NCBI GenBank assembly: GCA_963778025.1
Contig: CAVZTA010000016.1
Coordinates: 132,609-196,608 of the forward strand
Length of the DNA stretch: 64,000 nucleotides
DNA from: an uncultured Chloroflexia bacterium
GTDB taxonomy: Bacteria; Chloroflexota; Limnocylindria; Limnocylindrales; CSP1-4
Direction of reading: 5' to 3'
Shown in pieces: positions 36,480 through 46,556 of this stretch; the first letter of the stretch is position 1, and each line of letters opens with the position of its first letter. Below the pieces are notes generated by a model, which saw nothing but the letters and a program-made list of their open reading frames with translations, did no database searches and was not told the DNA's origin. The position numbers and the translations under genes are program-made.

Positions 36480-37668
36480 TCAGTCGAACAGCGCCTCGAC
36501 GAAGCCGTCGGGATCGAACGGCAGCAGGTCGTCGATCTGCTCCCCCACCCCGACGTACCGGACCGGCACACCGAGCGTCCGCTCGATCGCGAACACGATG
36601 CCCCCCTTGGCCGTCGAGTCGAGCTTGGTGAGGACGACGCCGGTGAGTCCGACCGCGTCGTGGAACGCCTTGGCTTGCGTGAGGCCGTTCTGGCCGGTGG
36701 TGGCGTCGAGGACGAACAGCGTCTCGGGCACCGCGCCGGGCAGCCGCTTGTCGATGATGCGGCGGACCTTCGTCAGCTCATCCATCAGGTTCGCTTTCGT
36801 GTGCAGGCGGCCCGCGGTGTCGGCGATGACGAGATCGGCGTTGCGCGCGACGGCGGCATCCAGCGCGTCGAACACGACGGCCCCAGGGTCCGCGCCGGGC
36901 GCGTGCGCGACGAGCTCCACGCCGGCGCGCTGGCTCCAGATCCGGAGCTGGTCGATGGCCGCGGCCCGGAACGTGTCGGCGGCCGCGAGGACGACGCGGC
37001 GCCCCTGGGCCTTCTCCCGCCCGGCGAGCTTGCCGATGGTCGTGGTCTTGCCCGTCCCGTTCACCCCGACGACCAGGATGATGGCGGGGCCGCCGGCGGT
37101 GGGACGCGTGGGCTCCCAGTCGGGATCGCGCGGGGCGAGCAGCGATCGCAGCTCCGCGCGAACGGCCGCCTCGGGCGTGAGGTCCCGTCGTTTGCGCGCC
37201 TTGGCGACCAGGTCGAGCGCGAGCGTCGCACCCACGTCGCCCGCGATGAGCGTCTCCTCGACGTCGTCCCACAGCTCTTCGCCGCCGCCGGTGAGCGCCT
37301 GCCGCAGGCGGCTCCCGAACCCGACCCGCGTGCGTTCCAGGCCGCTCTCGAGCGCCTCGCGCTCCCGCTCCCGTCGGACGGCGTCGGCCTTCTCCGGGCT
37401 GTAGTCGGCGCCCCACGCCCAGACGGGCTCGGCGGCCGGCGGCTCGGACGGCGGCGATCCGGCGGCGGCGGGACGATGGCTCGACGGGCTCGGGTTCGGG
37501 TCCCGGCTCGATCCACGCGAGGTCCTCGGCGGCCTCGGCTCCGGCGTCCGTCTCCGGGGCGAGCGACGGATCGACTTCGGGTTCGACCACCGGATCCGGC
37601 GCCGGCGCGTCGGCGACGTCCGGTGCCGCCTCCTCCTCGGGCTGCGACCCGCGTCGGAAGAAGCGCAT
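36480..37668 (-). CDS. ftsY: SRP receptor FtsY; one frame disruption in the acidic A-domain
   Basis: The N-end ([18 protein letters not shown]...EPEPVEPS) is in the ORF 36778..39783 frame. The remainder (...[49 protein letters not shown]...[19 protein letters not shown]) is in the ORF 36480..37235 frame. Shift within about 37450-37490. TGATG overlap with the smc stop. Confidence 0.9.
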
Positions 37669-40600
37669 CAGCCGGCCACCGCCACCTGGCCGGAGGCACC
37701 GCGCTGTCGAGCGGCCAGCGCCTGCGCCTCTTCGAGCCGCAGGCTGATGACCCGGCTGACCGAGTCGTCGCCGACCGTCACGCCGTAGAGCGCGTCGGCC
37801 GCCTCGATCGTGCCGCGGTTGTGCGTGATGACGATGAACTGCGTCCGCTCCGCGAGCTCGCGCAGCGCCTGCGTGAACCGGCCGATGTTCGCCTCGTCGA
37901 GCGCCGCGTCGACCTCGTCGAGGACGCAGAAGGGCACGGGGCGCACCTCGAGCATCGCGAACAGCAGGGCGACCGCGGTGAGGGCACGCTCGCCGCCGGA
38001 GAGCATCGCCAGCGCCTGCGGCTTCTTGCCCGGCGGCCGCGCGACGATCTCGATGCCGGTCGCCGTGAGGTCGCCCGGGTCGGTGAGCGAGAGCCGCGCG
38101 AAGCCACCGCCGAAGAGCTGCTGGAACCGGGTATCGAACGCGGACTCCAGCTGGGCGAACGTCGTCCGGAAGCGTGTCGCGATGAGCTCGTCGAGCTCGG
38201 CGATGAGCGTCCGCGTCTTGGCGATCGCGTCCTTCAGGTCGGCGGCCTGGCCCTCGAGGGTCGTGAGCCGCTCCCGCAGCGCTGCGTACTCCTCGACGGC
38301 GAAGGGGTTGGCCGCGCCCAGCTCGTGGTATCGGCGGCGGAGCGTGGCGAGGCGACCCGGCGTCGGCGGCTCGACGGTGGACGGCGTCCCGGCCCACATC
38401 GGGGTCACCGCGGCGAGGGCGCGTTCCAGGCGGGCAGGGTCGTCGTCGACGGTGTCCTCGTCGTCGGTCGTTGCGGCCTCGGGTCCCGGCTCGACGAGCG
38501 TGCCGCCCGCCGCGGCCACGAGATGGCGGACGCCCAGCTCGCCGAGGCCCGCGAGCTCGACGAGCGTCTGCTCGCGCAACGACTCGAGACCGAGCCGGGC
38601 CTCCAGGTCGGCGACCTCGATCGAGCGCAGCCGGTCCTCGGCCGCCCGAAGCCGCTCCCGGGCGCCGGACGCCGAGCGCTCGGCTTCGCCGAGCCGGGCG
38701 CGATCGCCGGCGTCGGCCGCGAGCAGCGACTCCAGCTCCGCCGCGGCATGGCGTTCCCGGTCCGTGGCCGCCGCGAGCGCCAGCGCGAGATCCGCGCGCT
38801 CGCCCTGGCGCGCCGCCTCCCGCTCCGCGATGGCCGCGAGCTCGGCGGTCGCCGACGCGATCCGTCGCTCGTCCATCGCGACCGCCGCCTCGGCACGCGC
38901 GCGCCGACCCTCGGCCTCCCGGCGCGCTGCTTCCTGCTGCGTGTGGTCCGTCGCCAGCCGGTCGCGTCGGGATCGCAGCTCCGCAGCGCGCGCCTCCCAG
39001 GTGGCGATCGCCGAACGGTCCACGCCCGCCCCGGCTGCCTCGTCGGCGGCGCCATCGCGACCGTCCTGATCCGCGACCGCGGACCGGGCGCGCTCGGCGT
39101 CGGTCGCCAGTCGCTCGACCTGCGCCGCCTGCCACGCCGCCTCGCGGACCGCGGCCTCCAGGTCGCGCCCGACCGACCGTTCGCGCGTCTCGGCCGCCTG
39201 GCGTTCCGCCTCGGCTGCCCGTTCCGCGTCGCGTGCCTGGTCGAGCGCGGATCGGGCGTGCCGCGGCCGCTCGGCCGGCCGTCTCCGCTGCCTCGGTCGC
39301 CGCGTTCGCCTCGGTCGCGAGTCGTTCGAGGTCCCGGGTCAGCCGGTCCGCCTCCGCCCGGCGCTCGAGCAGGCCGTCGCCCCGCCCGAGGCGCACCGTC
39401 CGCGCGTCCACGACCGCCGATCCGTCACGCACGACGACGCGCCAGCCGGCCGGCAGCTCGGGCTGGACCGCGAGTGCGTCGTCCAGGGTCGGCACCCAGC
39501 CGACCGCAGTCAGCAAGGACTTCACGACCTCACCGGGGTCCCGGCGGACGGCGTCCGCCAGCGCGCCGCCGCCTGCCGCGCGCACGGCGTCGAGCGCAGC
39601 CGCGTCTCCGGGATGCGTCTCGGCTCGCGACTCCGCGACCACGATGGCCCCGCGCTCGTCCGCGACCGCGCCGACCTCGCGCACGCGGCAGCACGTACGC
39701 GCGGACGAGGTCTCCCAGCGCCGCCTCCACCGCCGCGCGCAGCGCCGGGTCGACGACCAGCTCGTCGTCGACGCGGCGGCCACCGAGCTTGCGCGCCGCG
39801 CGCGCGATCCCGCGAGCCTCGTCCTCCTCGAGCCGGGCCGTCAGGCCGTCCAGCCGCCCGCGACCCGTCGCAAGCGCCGCGCCCGCCGCTCCGGCTCGTT
39901 CCACCGCAGCCTGCCGGCGGCCATCGGCCGCCTCGAGCGCGCTCGCCGCCTCGTCCCGGGCGGCCGATGCGAGCTGCTCCGCGCGCGTCGTCGCGGTCAC
40001 GGCAGCGCTGGCCTCCGCGAGTCGGGCTTCCAGCTCCATCCGGCGCGCGTCCACGGCGGTCGCCTGCGCCCGTGCCTCGTCCGCCCGGCGCGCGACGTCC
40101 GCCAGACGGCGCCGCGCGGTCTCGCCTTCCGCGACCCGCGCGGCCTCGGCCCGTCGGAGCGCCGCGAGCTCTTCGCCATGGGCGCGCTCCGCCGCCCGCA
40201 GCGCGCCGAGCTCACCGAGCGCGTCCGCCAGGGATCGCTCCGCCTCGGCGAGCGACGCCTCCAGGTCGACGTCGCGCTCGGGCGCGGGCGCGGCGAGCGC
40301 GCGACGCTGCAGCTCCAGGTCCGCTTCGGCGCCGGCGCGCTCGTCTGCGAGCCGTGCCGCATCGCGGGCGACGGCCTCCTGTTCCGAGACGATCCGCGCC
40401 TCACGCAGCCGCAGGCCCGTGACCTCCGTCCGTGCCTGCTCATGCGCCGTCCGTCGATCGCGCTCCAGCGAGGATCGCGCGTCCAGCTCCGCCGCGATCG
40501 CTGCCACCTGCCGCTCGGCCTCCTCGAGGGCCACGAGCGTCCGGTCCACCTCCGCGCGCGCGGCATCCCGGCGGCCGCGTGCCGCCGTCGCCTTGGCGGC

Positions 40601-41320
40601 CGCCTCGTGCCAGCGGACGTGCGCCGCGGCCAGGAGCGCCGTGGCCAGCTCCTCGCCCGCCGTGAGGCGGGTCGCCTGCTGTTCCGCGAGCTGGCCGAGC
40701 CGCCGCGCCTGGGGCCGCAGCTCGGCGAGGACGTCCTCGACGCGGGCCAGATTCGCCTCCGATTCGGCGAGCTGGTCGTCGGCCTTCCGCCGTCGTCGCT
40801 CATGCCGCCGGACCCCGGCGACCTCCTCGAACAGCGGTCGCCGCTCCTCCGGCCGCAGGGCCAGCGCCTGGTCGACCATGCCCTGGCCGATGAACAGGAA
40901 CGCGTTCTCGGCGAGGTGCGCCGAGTCGAGGAGGTCGACGAGGTCCCGGAGCCGCACACGCTGCTTGTTGAGCAGGTAGTCGTTCTCGCCCGAGCGATAC
41001 AGCCGCCGGCCGAGCTCGACGATCCCGAAATCGACCGGGAGGAGGGCGTCGGCGTTGTCGAGGACCAGCGTCACGTCGGCCATGCCCTGCGCCGCGCGCC
41101 GCTCGGAACCGGCCCAGATGACGTCCTCGCTCTTGCGCGTCCGCAGCGAGCGCCCCTGTTCGCCGAGCGCCCAGCGCAGACCGTCGGCGAGGTTCGACTT
41201 GCCCGAGCCGTTCGGGCCGACGACGGCGCTGATGCCCGGACCGAAGTCCACCAGCGTCCGCTCGGCGAACGACTTGAAGCCCTGGAGCCGCAGCCCGAGG
41301 AGGCGCGCCGGAGCCGTCAT
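37668..41320 (-). CDS. smc: chromosome partition protein Smc; two frame disruptions
   Basis: ATG 41320: MTAPARLLGLRLQGFKSFAERT...GPNGSGKSN (head, in ORF 39530..42220). Hinge (VREVGAVADERGAIVV...GWVPTLDDA) in ORF 36778..39783. C-head (LSGGERALTAVALLFAM, CVLDEVDAALD) in ORF 37668..39023. Shifts at about 39688 and about 39275. Confidence 0.9.
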
Positions 41321-42136
41321 GCGCCGCTCCGCGGGTGCGGCCGCGTCATCGACGCCGTCCCCGTCTCGATCGCCGGCCACCGCCGCGGCGGCGGCATGCC
41401 GCCGATCCGTCCGAGCCGCCGCGCGGGCCTCGCGCGCCGCGGCCCGCTCGCGGCGGATCACCTCCAGCGCCTCGGCCGCGGCGGCGGTCTCGGCGAGCCG
41501 GCGGGACGGCCCCTCGCCGGCGCCCAGCACGCGTCCGTCGACGGCGACCTCGATCCGGAAGTGCTTCTCGTGGTCCGGCCCCGACGCCTCCAGCAGGTGA
41601 TACACGGGTCGATCGCCGGTCGAGCGTTGCGTGTGCTCCTGGAGCCGCGACTTGGGGCTCTTGAGCGTCGTCACCGGGGCGTCCGCGGACAGCTCCGGCG
41701 TCGCAAGCGCCACGATCCAGTCGCGGGTGCCCGGCCAGCCGAGGTCCAGGTACAGCGCGCCGCACAGTGCCTCGAAGGAGCTCGCGAGCAGCGATGGCCG
41801 GCGACGGCCGCCGCGCAGCGCCTCGCCCTCACCGAGCAACAGGTACGACCCGAGATCGAGCCGCGCGGCGAGGCGGCTCAGGCCGGGCGTGCTGACGATC
41901 GCGGCGCGCCGGGCGGAGAGCACGCCCTCGTCGTCCACGGGATGGCGCGTGTAGAGCGCCTCGGAGATCGCCAGGTTGACGACCGCATCGCCCAGGAGCT
42001 CCAACCGCTCGTTGTGGCCGCGCGCGAGGTCGCGATGCTCGTGGAGCCAGCTCGAATGGACGAGCGCCTGCTCGAGGAGTTCGCGGTCCTGGACCGGGAG
42101 ACCGAGACGGTCGGCGAAGGCGTCGGCCGGGCGCAC
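41317..42136 (-). CDS. rnc: ribonuclease III; no in-frame stop before smc, 3' end inferred
   Basis: From GTG 42136: VRPADAFADRLGLPVQDRELLEQALVHSSW, signature NERLELLGDAV and a dsRBD (KSRLQEHTQ...FRIEVAVDGRVLGAGEGPSRRLAETAAA). The in-frame reading continues into smc. A TGA at 41317-41319 (ATGA overlap with the smc ATG) is reached after one frame change in the tail. Confidence 0.85.
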
Positions 42137-42158
42137 GGCGCCCTGGTGGTCGTCGGGA

Positions 42159-42395
42159 CTAGGAGGAATGCTCGTCGATGTAGTCGACGGCGTCCTGGAC
42201 GGTCCGGATCTTCTCGGCATCCTCGTCCGAGATCTCCGTCCCGAACTCCTCTTCCAGGCTCATGATGAGCTCGACGAGGTCCAGCGAGTCGGCGTTCAGA
42301 TCGTCCACGAACGAGGCTTCGGGGTTGACCTCGCCCTCGTCCACGCCGAGCTGCTCGACGACGATCTTCTTCAGCCGATCGTAGGTGCTGGCCAC
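42159..42395 (-). CDS. acpP: acyl carrier protein
   Basis: From GTG 42395 (GGAGGAG upstream): [52 protein letters not shown], with the DSLD phosphopantetheine site. Confidence 0.95.
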   Translation of the reverse strand: MASTYDRLKKIVVEQLGVDEGEVNPEASFVDDLNADSLDLVELIMSLEEEFGTEISDEDAEKIRTVQDAVDYIDEHSS

Positions 42396-42919
42396 TCTGG
42401 TTCTCCTCCTGCCCTGGGTCCGCCTGGGGGGTCGCGAGGTTCCCGTGAGATGCGCCCGAGCACGCCATTCATGAGCCGGCGCATGGGCTCTCCGGAGTAC
42501 GTCCGCGCGAGCTCGACCCACTCGGCGATCGCCACCCGGGCCGGCGTCGCGGGCGAGTGTAACACCTCGGAAATGGCCGAACGGAGCAACGCGCGGTCCA
42601 TCCGAGCCATCCCGGTGACGGGGTAGCGAGGGGCGAGACGCTCGATCGTGGCGTCGATGGTGTCACGGTGCGCGACCACGCCGTCGACGATGGTCCGGGC
42701 GAGATCGGCGACGTCGGGAGCGGCCTCCTCGGCGAGGTGTCGCTCGAGGATCGCGTGCGCGGTGCGCTGTCCGAAGTCCGCCTCGAACACCGACGCGAGG
42801 GCGAGCCTGCGCGCCGCGCGCCATGCCCGGATCCGGTCGTCCTGGGCGGCTCGCTCGGCGGCGGTCCGCTGATCCCGAGGCGAGCGGGCCGGGCGGCCGC
42901 CGCTACGCCCCGACGCCAT
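42371..42919 (-). CDS. nusB: transcription antitermination factor NusB
   Basis: NusB pattern ([15 protein letters not shown]..., [37 protein letters not shown]). The 3' end overlaps the acpP start by 25 nt. Confidence 0.85.
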   Translation of the reverse strand: MASGRSGGRPARSPRDQRTAAERAAQDDRIRAWRAARRLALASVFEADFGQRTAHAILERHLAEEAAPDVADLARTIVDGVVAHRDTIDATIERLAPRYPVTGMARMDRALLRSAISEVLHSPATPARVAIAEWVELARTYSGEPMRRLMNGVLGRISREPRDPPGGPRAGGEPEWPAPTIG

Positions 42920-43217
42920 CGATCCGGACGGTGACCTCGCCGAGCTCCAGCCCCAGCAGGCGCTCGATGGCGGCCCCGACGGCGGCGCGCACGTCGGCCG
43001 CGAGCGGGATGAGCGGCTGCCGCGGCCGAGCCACGAGCCAGACCGTCACGTGGACCCTGCCGTCGCGGAGCCGGGCGCGGATCGGCGAGCCGGCGAGCAG
43101 GTCGCGCCACGCCGGTCCGCCGCGCCCGACGCGCAGCACGCCGGGGACCTCGAGCGCGGCGAGTCGGATGGTCTCCGCGATGACGCGCGGGCCGACCGCG
43201 ATCGCGGGGCCGGTCAT
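42903..43217 (-). CDS. Asp23/Gls24-family (alkaline shock-like) protein
   Basis: From ATG 43217: MTGPAIAVGPRVIAETIRLAALEVPGVLRVG...[48 protein letters not shown]. The position upstream of nusB is as in Firmicutes. Confidence 0.75.
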   Translation of the reverse strand: MTGPAIAVGPRVIAETIRLAALEVPGVLRVGRGGPAWRDLLAGSPIRARLRDGRVHVTVWLVARPRQPLIPLAADVRAAVGAAIERLLGLELGEVTVRIDGVGA

Positions 43218-44351
43218 GACCCGCGCACCAGCGCGGGTCGCTCGACGGCTGCGTCGGGCAGGCTCGGCACCCGCCGGATCGGCGTCCGGCGGCTCAGCCG
43301 CGACGGCGACCTTGCGGGCGTCCTCGAGCAGCGCCTCGGCGATGCGCTCGGGGACCCGCTCACGGGCCGTCGTCGCGCCCACGCGCACGGCGTGCTCGAT
43401 CATCCGCCGCTTGGCCCGGCCGTGCGTGATGATCACCGTCCCGTCGACGCCCAGCAGCGGCGACCCGCCCACCCGCTCGTAGTCGAACAGCTCACGGATG
43501 CGCGCGATGCCGGGACGCATGAGGACGGCGGCGAGCTTCGAGCGCCACGACCGGGTGAACTCCTCGCGCCACAGGTCGAAGATGTACGTCGAGAGGCCCT
43601 CGAAGAACTTGATGACCACGTTGCCCAGGACGGCATCGCACACGACGACATCGGCCATCCGCCGGGTCAGGTCCTTGCCTTCGACGTTGCCGATGAAGTT
43701 GAGGCTCGTCGCGTCGAGCAGCGGCGTCGCGCGCGCGATCCGCTGATCGCCCTTGCCCTTCTCCTCACCGATCGACAGGAGCGCGACACGTGGGTTCGCG
43801 ACGCCCAGCACCCGCTCCGAGAAGATCGCGCCCATGCGCGCGAACTGGGCGAGGTTCTCAGGGGTCGAGTCGGGGTTCGCGCCGATGTCGAGGAGCACGA
43901 ACGGCCTGTCACCGGCCACGATCTGCACAGCCAGCGCGGGACGCTCGATGCCGGGCAGCGAGCCAAGGATGAGCTTGCCGGCGGCCATGCCCGCCCCGGT
44001 GTGCCCGGCGGTGACGACGGCATCGGCCTCGCCGTCGCGGACCAGCTGCGTGGCGACGACGATCGACGCGTCCTTCTTGCGGACGAGCGCACGGGCGGGG
44101 TGCTCGTCCATGCCGATGAGCTCGCTCGCCGGCACGACGCGGACGTTGGCCGGTGGCGTGGCACCGATCAGCGGCGTGAGCGCCGCGGGCGCCCCCACGA
44201 GCAGGACGGTGTCGCCGGGATTCTTGCGGGCGTAGGCGAGCGCGCCCGGGACGACCTCCGCCGGGCCGTGGTCACCACCCATCGCATCGACGGCGACCCG
44301 GACGCCGCGGGCGGGATCGGTCGGGCGCCCCCGCGTGGCGAGGTCGTCCAT
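43214..44351 (-). CDS. plsX: phosphate acyltransferase PlsX; no in-frame stop before asp23-like gene, 3' end inferred
   Basis: ATG 44351: MDDLATRG...VAVDAMGGDHGPAEVV, VVTAGHTGAGMAA, PALAVQ..., GVDGTVIITHGRA. The in-frame reading fuses to the next gene. A TGA at 43214-43216 (ATGA overlap) is reached after one frame change in the tail (...LPDAAVERPALVRGS*). Confidence 0.85.
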
Positions 44352-44377
44352 CGTCGCGCTCCGGGTGGTGCGCCTCC

Positions 44378-44590
44378 CTAGGAGGCGGCCTCCTCGGACG
44401 AGGAGCCACCCGCGGCCTTCGGCTCGACCGCGAGGCGACCGCGGTACCAGCCGCAGTTCGGGCACACGCGATGCGGCAGCTTCGGCTCGTGGCAATGCGG
44501 GCACGCCTCGAGGCGCGGGAGGGTGAGGGCGTGGTGGCTCCGCCGGTCCATCTGCCGCGCGTGCGCCACCTTGCGCTTCGGCACACCCAT
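44378..44590 (-). CDS. rpmF: 50S ribosomal protein L32
   Basis: MGVPKRKVAHARQMDRRSH... with the CPHC...CPNCG zinc ribbon. Confidence 0.95.
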   Translation of the reverse strand: MGVPKRKVAHARQMDRRSHHALTLPRLEACPHCHEPKLPHRVCPNCGWYRGRLAVEPKAAGGSSSEEAAS

Positions 44591-44702
44591 GTCGGTCTCG
44601 TACTCCTGGTCGATGTCGTCGCGGCCCGCGGGCCGCGGTCGGGGATCCCGGTCGTGGGCGTGCGTGCATGAACGCCGCGCCGTGGTGGGTCGGTCGCGGA
44701 GT

Positions 44703-45272
44703 CTACCCGGTCTCGTCGGGCGCGTCGACCTTGAACGCCCGGAGCGCCTCGAGCCGCGGGTCGATGTCGTCGTCGGGATGCTCGTGGCCGGGCGTCAGCC
44801 GCTGGCCGCACTCCGAGCACAGCCCCGGGCAGTCCGGCTCGCACAGGACATCCATCGGCTCGGCGAGGCTGATCGCCTGCTCGACCAGCGGTCGGAGCTG
44901 CAGCTCGTGATGGTCGGTGAGGCGGGTGGTCTCGAGGTCCTCGCCGTCCTCGAGCGGCGTCGGTTGGCCGCTGTGGATGTCGATCGACGGGCGCGCCTCC
45001 TCGTCGATCGTCACCTCGATGGGCACCTCGACGGGCCGGAGACAGCGGCGGCATTCCTCGGCGAGGGTGGTGCTGAGCTGGGCCTCGACGCGCAGGCCAC
45101 GGTTGGTGCGCGTGAGGCGAACGTGACCCTCGACGGGGTGCGTGACGCTCAGGCCGTCGCCCGGGTCGACGGCGACCTCGTGGATGTCGAGGTCACGGAC
45201 GGTGCCGGATGGCTCCCCGAGCAGGCCCGCGACGTTGAACGTCAGCGGGTCATCGAGGGGGACTCGCGTCAC
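44703..45272 (-). CDS. yceD: YceD/DUF177 family protein
   Basis: Typical DUF177 pattern (V..HPVEGHVRLTRT...V...L......C.RCL......I) with a C-terminal CPGLCSECG. Canonical position upstream of rpmF. Confidence 0.85.
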   Translation of the reverse strand: MTRVPLDDPLTFNVAGLLGEPSGTVRDLDIHEVAVDPGDGLSVTHPVEGHVRLTRTNRGLRVEAQLSTTLAEECRRCLRPVEVPIEVTIDEEARPSIDIHSGQPTPLEDGEDLETTRLTDHHELQLRPLVEQAISLAEPMDVLCEPDCPGLCSECGQRLTPGHEHPDDDIDPRLEALRAFKVDAPDETG

Positions 45273-45844
45273 CCGCGAACGGGCTGTGACGCGCCCTCCT
45301 CCTCCTGCTGCCAGGCGCCCTCGTAGGGTTCGGCGTCGTGGCCGTTCTGCTGGTCCTCGGGCGGCGGCGCCGCCTGGAGGCTCGCGCGGCGCTCGTCGAG
45401 CATGCCGATGCCCTTCTCGATGCTGCGGAGCGTCTTCTCGACGTCCGAGCGCAGGCCATCGAGCACCGCGACCGCGTAGTCGTCGGCGCCGCGCCGGACG
45501 TCGTCGGCATCGAGGTTGGCGTCTTCGATGATCCGCCGGCTCTCCTCCTCGGCGGACTGGGTGAGTCCTCGCTCCTCGATGAGGAATGCGGCCTGCTCCT
45601 GGGCGCGGGCGATGATGCGCTCCGCTTCCTCCTGGGCCTTCTCGATGATCCGCTCGCCCTCGGAGTTGATCCGCTTCGCCGCGCGGACCTCCTCGGGCAC
45701 CGCCACGCGCAGCTCATCGATGAGGTTGAGGGCCCCCTCCCGATCGATGATGACACTCTTCGTCAGGGGCAGGGGCTTGCCGTTCGCGACCAGCGACTCC
45801 AGCCGCTCGACGAGGAAGATGATGTCGATCGGACCGACCTCCAC
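45269..45844 (-). CDS. conserved coiled-coil protein (ATP-synthase-b/V-ATPase-subunit-like heptads), function unknown
   Basis: 191 aa reading IDIIFLVERLESLVANGKPLPLTKSVIIDREGALNLIDELRVAVPEEVRAAKRI..., followed by an E/A/R-rich coiled coil. Coding-like composition. GTG start 45844. Confidence 0.6.
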   Translation of the reverse strand: MEVGPIDIIFLVERLESLVANGKPLPLTKSVIIDREGALNLIDELRVAVPEEVRAAKRINSEGERIIEKAQEEAERIIARAQEQAAFLIEERGLTQSAEEESRRIIEDANLDADDVRRGADDYAVAVLDGLRSDVEKTLRSIEKGIGMLDERRASLQAAPPPEDQQNGHDAEPYEGAWQQEEEGASQPVRG

Positions 45845-45878
45845 GCGCAGTCGGCGCCGTCCCGAGCGCCGTCGCCGG

Positions 45879-45887
45879 ATTATCGCA
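45879..45887 (-). promoter_or_regulatory. candidate extended -10 (TGCGATAAT) for the coiled-coil gene / yceD-rpmF-plsX run
   Basis: The minus strand reads aggTGCGATAATccgg, about 35 nt upstream of GTG 45844. Confidence 0.4.
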
Positions 45888-45956
45888 CCTCGGGCGGTCG
45901 ACGCCGTCGCCCCGGTGACGGGGGCTCGGGCGCGGCGCGCGCCGATCGGTGGCAGC

Positions 45957-46001
45957 GGGAGCTTCGAACCTATCGGCCTGGCCGATGGCTCGCGAGCTCC
46001 C
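45957..46001. other. 45-nt long imperfect hairpin in coaD-downstream spacer
   Basis: GGGAGCTTCGAACCTATCGGCC t GGCCGATGGCTCGCGAGCTCCC. The outer 7-8 bp and inner 7 bp pair perfectly, and the middle contains bulges. Confidence 0.5.
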
Positions 46002-46055
46002 CCTCCGCGGCTGATCTCCGACCAGCCCTGCCCGACACTTCGCGTGTGGCAGCGT

Positions 46056-46556
46056 TCAAGACCGTTGGCTCGCCGAGGCGCGTCTGACCGCGTCCAGCGA
46101 CGCCGGCGGCACCATCCCGCTGACGTCGCCGCCGAAGCGGGCGATCTCCTTGACCAGACTCGAGCTGATGTACGCGACCTCGAGCGAGGTCATGAGGCAC
46201 AGCGTCTCGACCTCGGGAGCGAGCTTCGCGTTGTTGTGCGCCAGCGAGAGCTCGACCTCGAAATCCGTCAGGCCGCGCAGGCCGCGCACGATCCCCGTCG
46301 CACCGACTCGCCGGCAGAGGTCGACCGTGAGGCCGTCGAACGTGGTGACCTCGATCCCGGCCGGGCCGATGGGGTCGTCGGCCAACGCTCGCCGGATGAC
46401 CGCGACGCGCTCGTCGGCGTTCAGCAGCGAGACCTTGCGCGGATTCTCGAGGACCGCGATGACCAGCCGGTCGACGAAGCGCGACGCGCGGCGGATGACG
46501 TCGACATGGCCGTTGGTGAGCGGGTCGAAGGAGCCCGGGTAGACCGCGACCTGCAC
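46056..46556 (-). CDS. coaD: phosphopantetheine adenylyltransferase
   Basis: VAVYPGSFDPLTNGHVDVI, plus the ISSSLVKE motif. Confidence 0.95.
   Translation of the reverse strand: MQVAVYPGSFDPLTNGHVDVIRRASRFVDRLVIAVLENPRKVSLLNADERVAVIRRALADDPIGPAGIEVTTFDGLTVDLCRRVGATGIVRGLRGLTDFEVELSLAHNNAKLAPEVETLCLMTSLEVAYISSSLVKEIARFGGDVSGMVPPASLDAVRRASASQRS

Noticed and set aside
36441-40979. Very long plus-strand and alternate-frame ORFs. Examples: 36441..40979 (1512 aa), 38471..42265 (1264 aa), 1371..3932, 13462..15510, 14541..17462, 21143..23893, 31084..33765, 46673..49492, and the upstream two thirds of 6817..9900.
   Set aside because: Their translations are monotonous Arg/Pro/Ala/Gly strings with no motifs. 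They lie antisense or out of frame to genes with unmistakable conserved sequences. Such ORFs arise from stop-codon scarcity in very GC-rich DNA.
41317-42136. A genuine RNase III-SMC fusion protein
   Set aside because: An ATGA stop/start overlap is available one frame away. The linking peptide is low-complexity. smc itself has two further frame breaks. See the finding, which is kept at moderate interest only because it is cheap to check.
45963-45970. GGTTCGAA (minus strand), resembling a tRNA T-loop
   Set aside because: The flanking bases do not form a T-stem (ATAGG versus CTCCC), and no acceptor, D or anticodon arms can be drawn. It is part of the long hairpin at 45957-46001.
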